From assembly GCA_964384675.1 (NCBI GenBank), contig CAYLNK010000002.1, positions 1,516 through 65,515 of the forward strand: 64,000 nt of DNA, read 5' to 3'. Shown here one piece after another: positions 63,114 to 64,000 of the stretch. Numbering within the stretch: position 1 is the first letter of the stretch; each line of letters begins with the position of its first letter. Made by a program: the position numbers and the translations under genes. This stretch comes from an uncultured Holophagales bacterium (GTDB lineage Bacteria; Acidobacteriota; Thermoanaerobaculia; UBA5066). Under the pieces are notes generated by a model, which was not told the DNA's origin, did no database searches, and saw nothing but the letters and a program-made list of their open reading frames with translations.

Positions 63114-64000
63114 CACGACGCACGTTCGATCTCGCCTGGCTCCTCTCCCCGGTGGAGGAGTCGGTCTTTCGCGCCGAGCACTGGGAGCGCCGGCCGCTCC
63201 TCGTCCGCCGCGAGGACCGCCGCTACTTCGACGGGCTCCTCTCCTTCGACGACGTGGACCACCTCCTCGGCGCGGGCTGGCTCGCGAAGTCCAGGATCCG
63301 GCTCCTGCGCGACGGGGACGAGCTGAAGGCCGAGACTTTCCACCACTCCTTCCGCGACGGCGAGGCGGTCGCCAACCCGGACAAGATCGCCTCCCACTAC
63401 CTGTCCGGCGGGACGATCGCGGTGAACCAGCTCCACCTCTCGTGGCCGCCGCTCGCCGAGCTGTGCGCCAAGCTGGAAGCGATCTTCTCGCAGCGCGTGC
63501 AGACGAACATCTACTTCACGCCACCCGAGGGGCAGGGCTTCAACGCTCACTTCGACACGCACGACGTCTTCGTCCTGCAGGTCGCGGGGCGGAAGACGTG
63601 GCGCGTCTACGACCGTCCGCCGGTGGAGCTGCCGCTCGTCGAGCAGAGCTGGAAGCGGACGGACGGTCCGACGCCGCCGCACGAGACGCTCCTGTTCGAG
63701 ACCGAGCTCTGCACCGGCGATCTCCTCTACCTGCCCCGGGGCTACGTACACGAGGCGCACACGAGCTCGGAGCTGTCGCTCCACCTGACCGTCGGCGTCA
63801 TCGCGCTCACCTACGCCGACCTGGCCAAGAAGGCGATCGACCTCCTGGCGCGGCGGGACGTGCGGTTCCGGAGGACGCCGCCGATCGGCTTCCTCAACGG
63901 CGGCGAGGCGCTCGAGGGCGCGGCGGCGGCCCTCGCCGAGCTCGCCCCGGAGATCGGGAAGCCGGAGACGGTCGGCGCGGTCGTGGCGCGCCTCGAGGAG
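63110..64000 (+). CDS. JmjC/cupin-4 domain Fe(II)/2OG oxygenase, paralog 2 (partial, continues past window end)
   Basis: Translation from the ATG at 63110 is MTRRTFDLAWLLSPVEESVFRAEHWERRPLLV…NIYFTPPEGQGFNAHFDTHDVFVLQVAGRKTWRVY…LPRGYVHEAHT, about 45% identical to paralog 1. There is no stop in the window, hence it is absent from the ORF track. Confidence 0.75.
   Translation, partial: MTRRTFDLAWLLSPVEESVFRAEHWERRPLLVRREDRRYFDGLLSFDDVDHLLGAGWLAKSRIRLLRDGDELKAETFHHSFRDGEAVANPDKIASHYLSGGTIAVNQLHLSWPPLAELCAKLEAIFSQRVQTNIYFTPPEGQGFNAHFDTHDVFVLQVAGRKTWRVYDRPPVELPLVEQSWKRTDGPTPPHETLLFETELCTGDLLYLPRGYVHEAHTSSELSLHLTVGVIALTYADLAKKAIDLLARRDVRFRRTPPIGFLNGGEALEGAAAALAELAPEIGKPETVGAVVARLEE

Overview
This is a 64 kb window from a high-GC (about 70%) genome, probably a Gram-negative soil bacterium (Acidobacteriota/Gemmatimonadota/Myxococcota-like by gene content; this is inference only). 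Coding density is high and many adjacent genes overlap by 4 nt (GTGA/ATGA), which suggests translational coupling. The six-frame track also shows very long antisense ORFs, as expected at this GC. I found no rRNA, tRNA or CRISPR.

Reading 5' to 3':

1. A minus-strand operon for heme A biosynthesis: a His/Met-rich lipoprotein, ctaA, ctaB, an ABC ATPase and an ABC-2 permease (partial at the window edge).
2. A plus-strand operon matching the N-succinylamino-acid racemase pathway for D-to-L amino acid inversion: an enolase-superfamily MenC/NSAR enzyme, an M20 desuccinylase and a GNAT.
3. Housekeeping genes: prfA (RF1), rpmE, a sigma-54-dependent two-component system with a textbook -24/-12 promoter, a large outer-membrane beta-barrel, proline dehydrogenase, ComF, an OmpW-like protein, Lrp, glgC and a DnaJ/CbpA-like gene.
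4. A tandem 61-bp hairpin repeat sitting between two convergent genes.
5. An accessory surface/secretion island of about 19 kb:
   - a divergent XRE-TPR-secreted-protein module;
   - a Wzm-like ABC-2 permease;
   - an FG-GAP lipoprotein;
   - a lower-GC Cys-rich secreted protein with its own promoter and terminator;
   - two giant tandem paralogous secreted PKD-domain proteins (1675 and 1298 aa);
   - a Wzt-like ABC ATPase, separated from its permease by about 13 kb;
   - a radical-SAM/SPASM maturase, a GT4 glycosyltransferase and a polytopic GT-C-like membrane protein.
6. A protein with two cNMP-binding domains, a fused membrane/SpeE-like protein, GGT, Pal, an ECF sigma factor with a zinc-finger anti-sigma factor, FtsH, a 1911-aa NHL/DUF11 surface protein and an aldo/keto reductase.
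7. At the 3' end, an unusual cluster: a PqqD-like (RiPP-recognition-element) protein with a C-terminal hydrophobic segment and Asp/Pro-rich tail, two paralogous JmjC/cupin 2OG-oxygenase genes, and an HPr-kinase-like P-loop protein between them. This is a candidate peptide/protein-modification system that I do not recognise as described.
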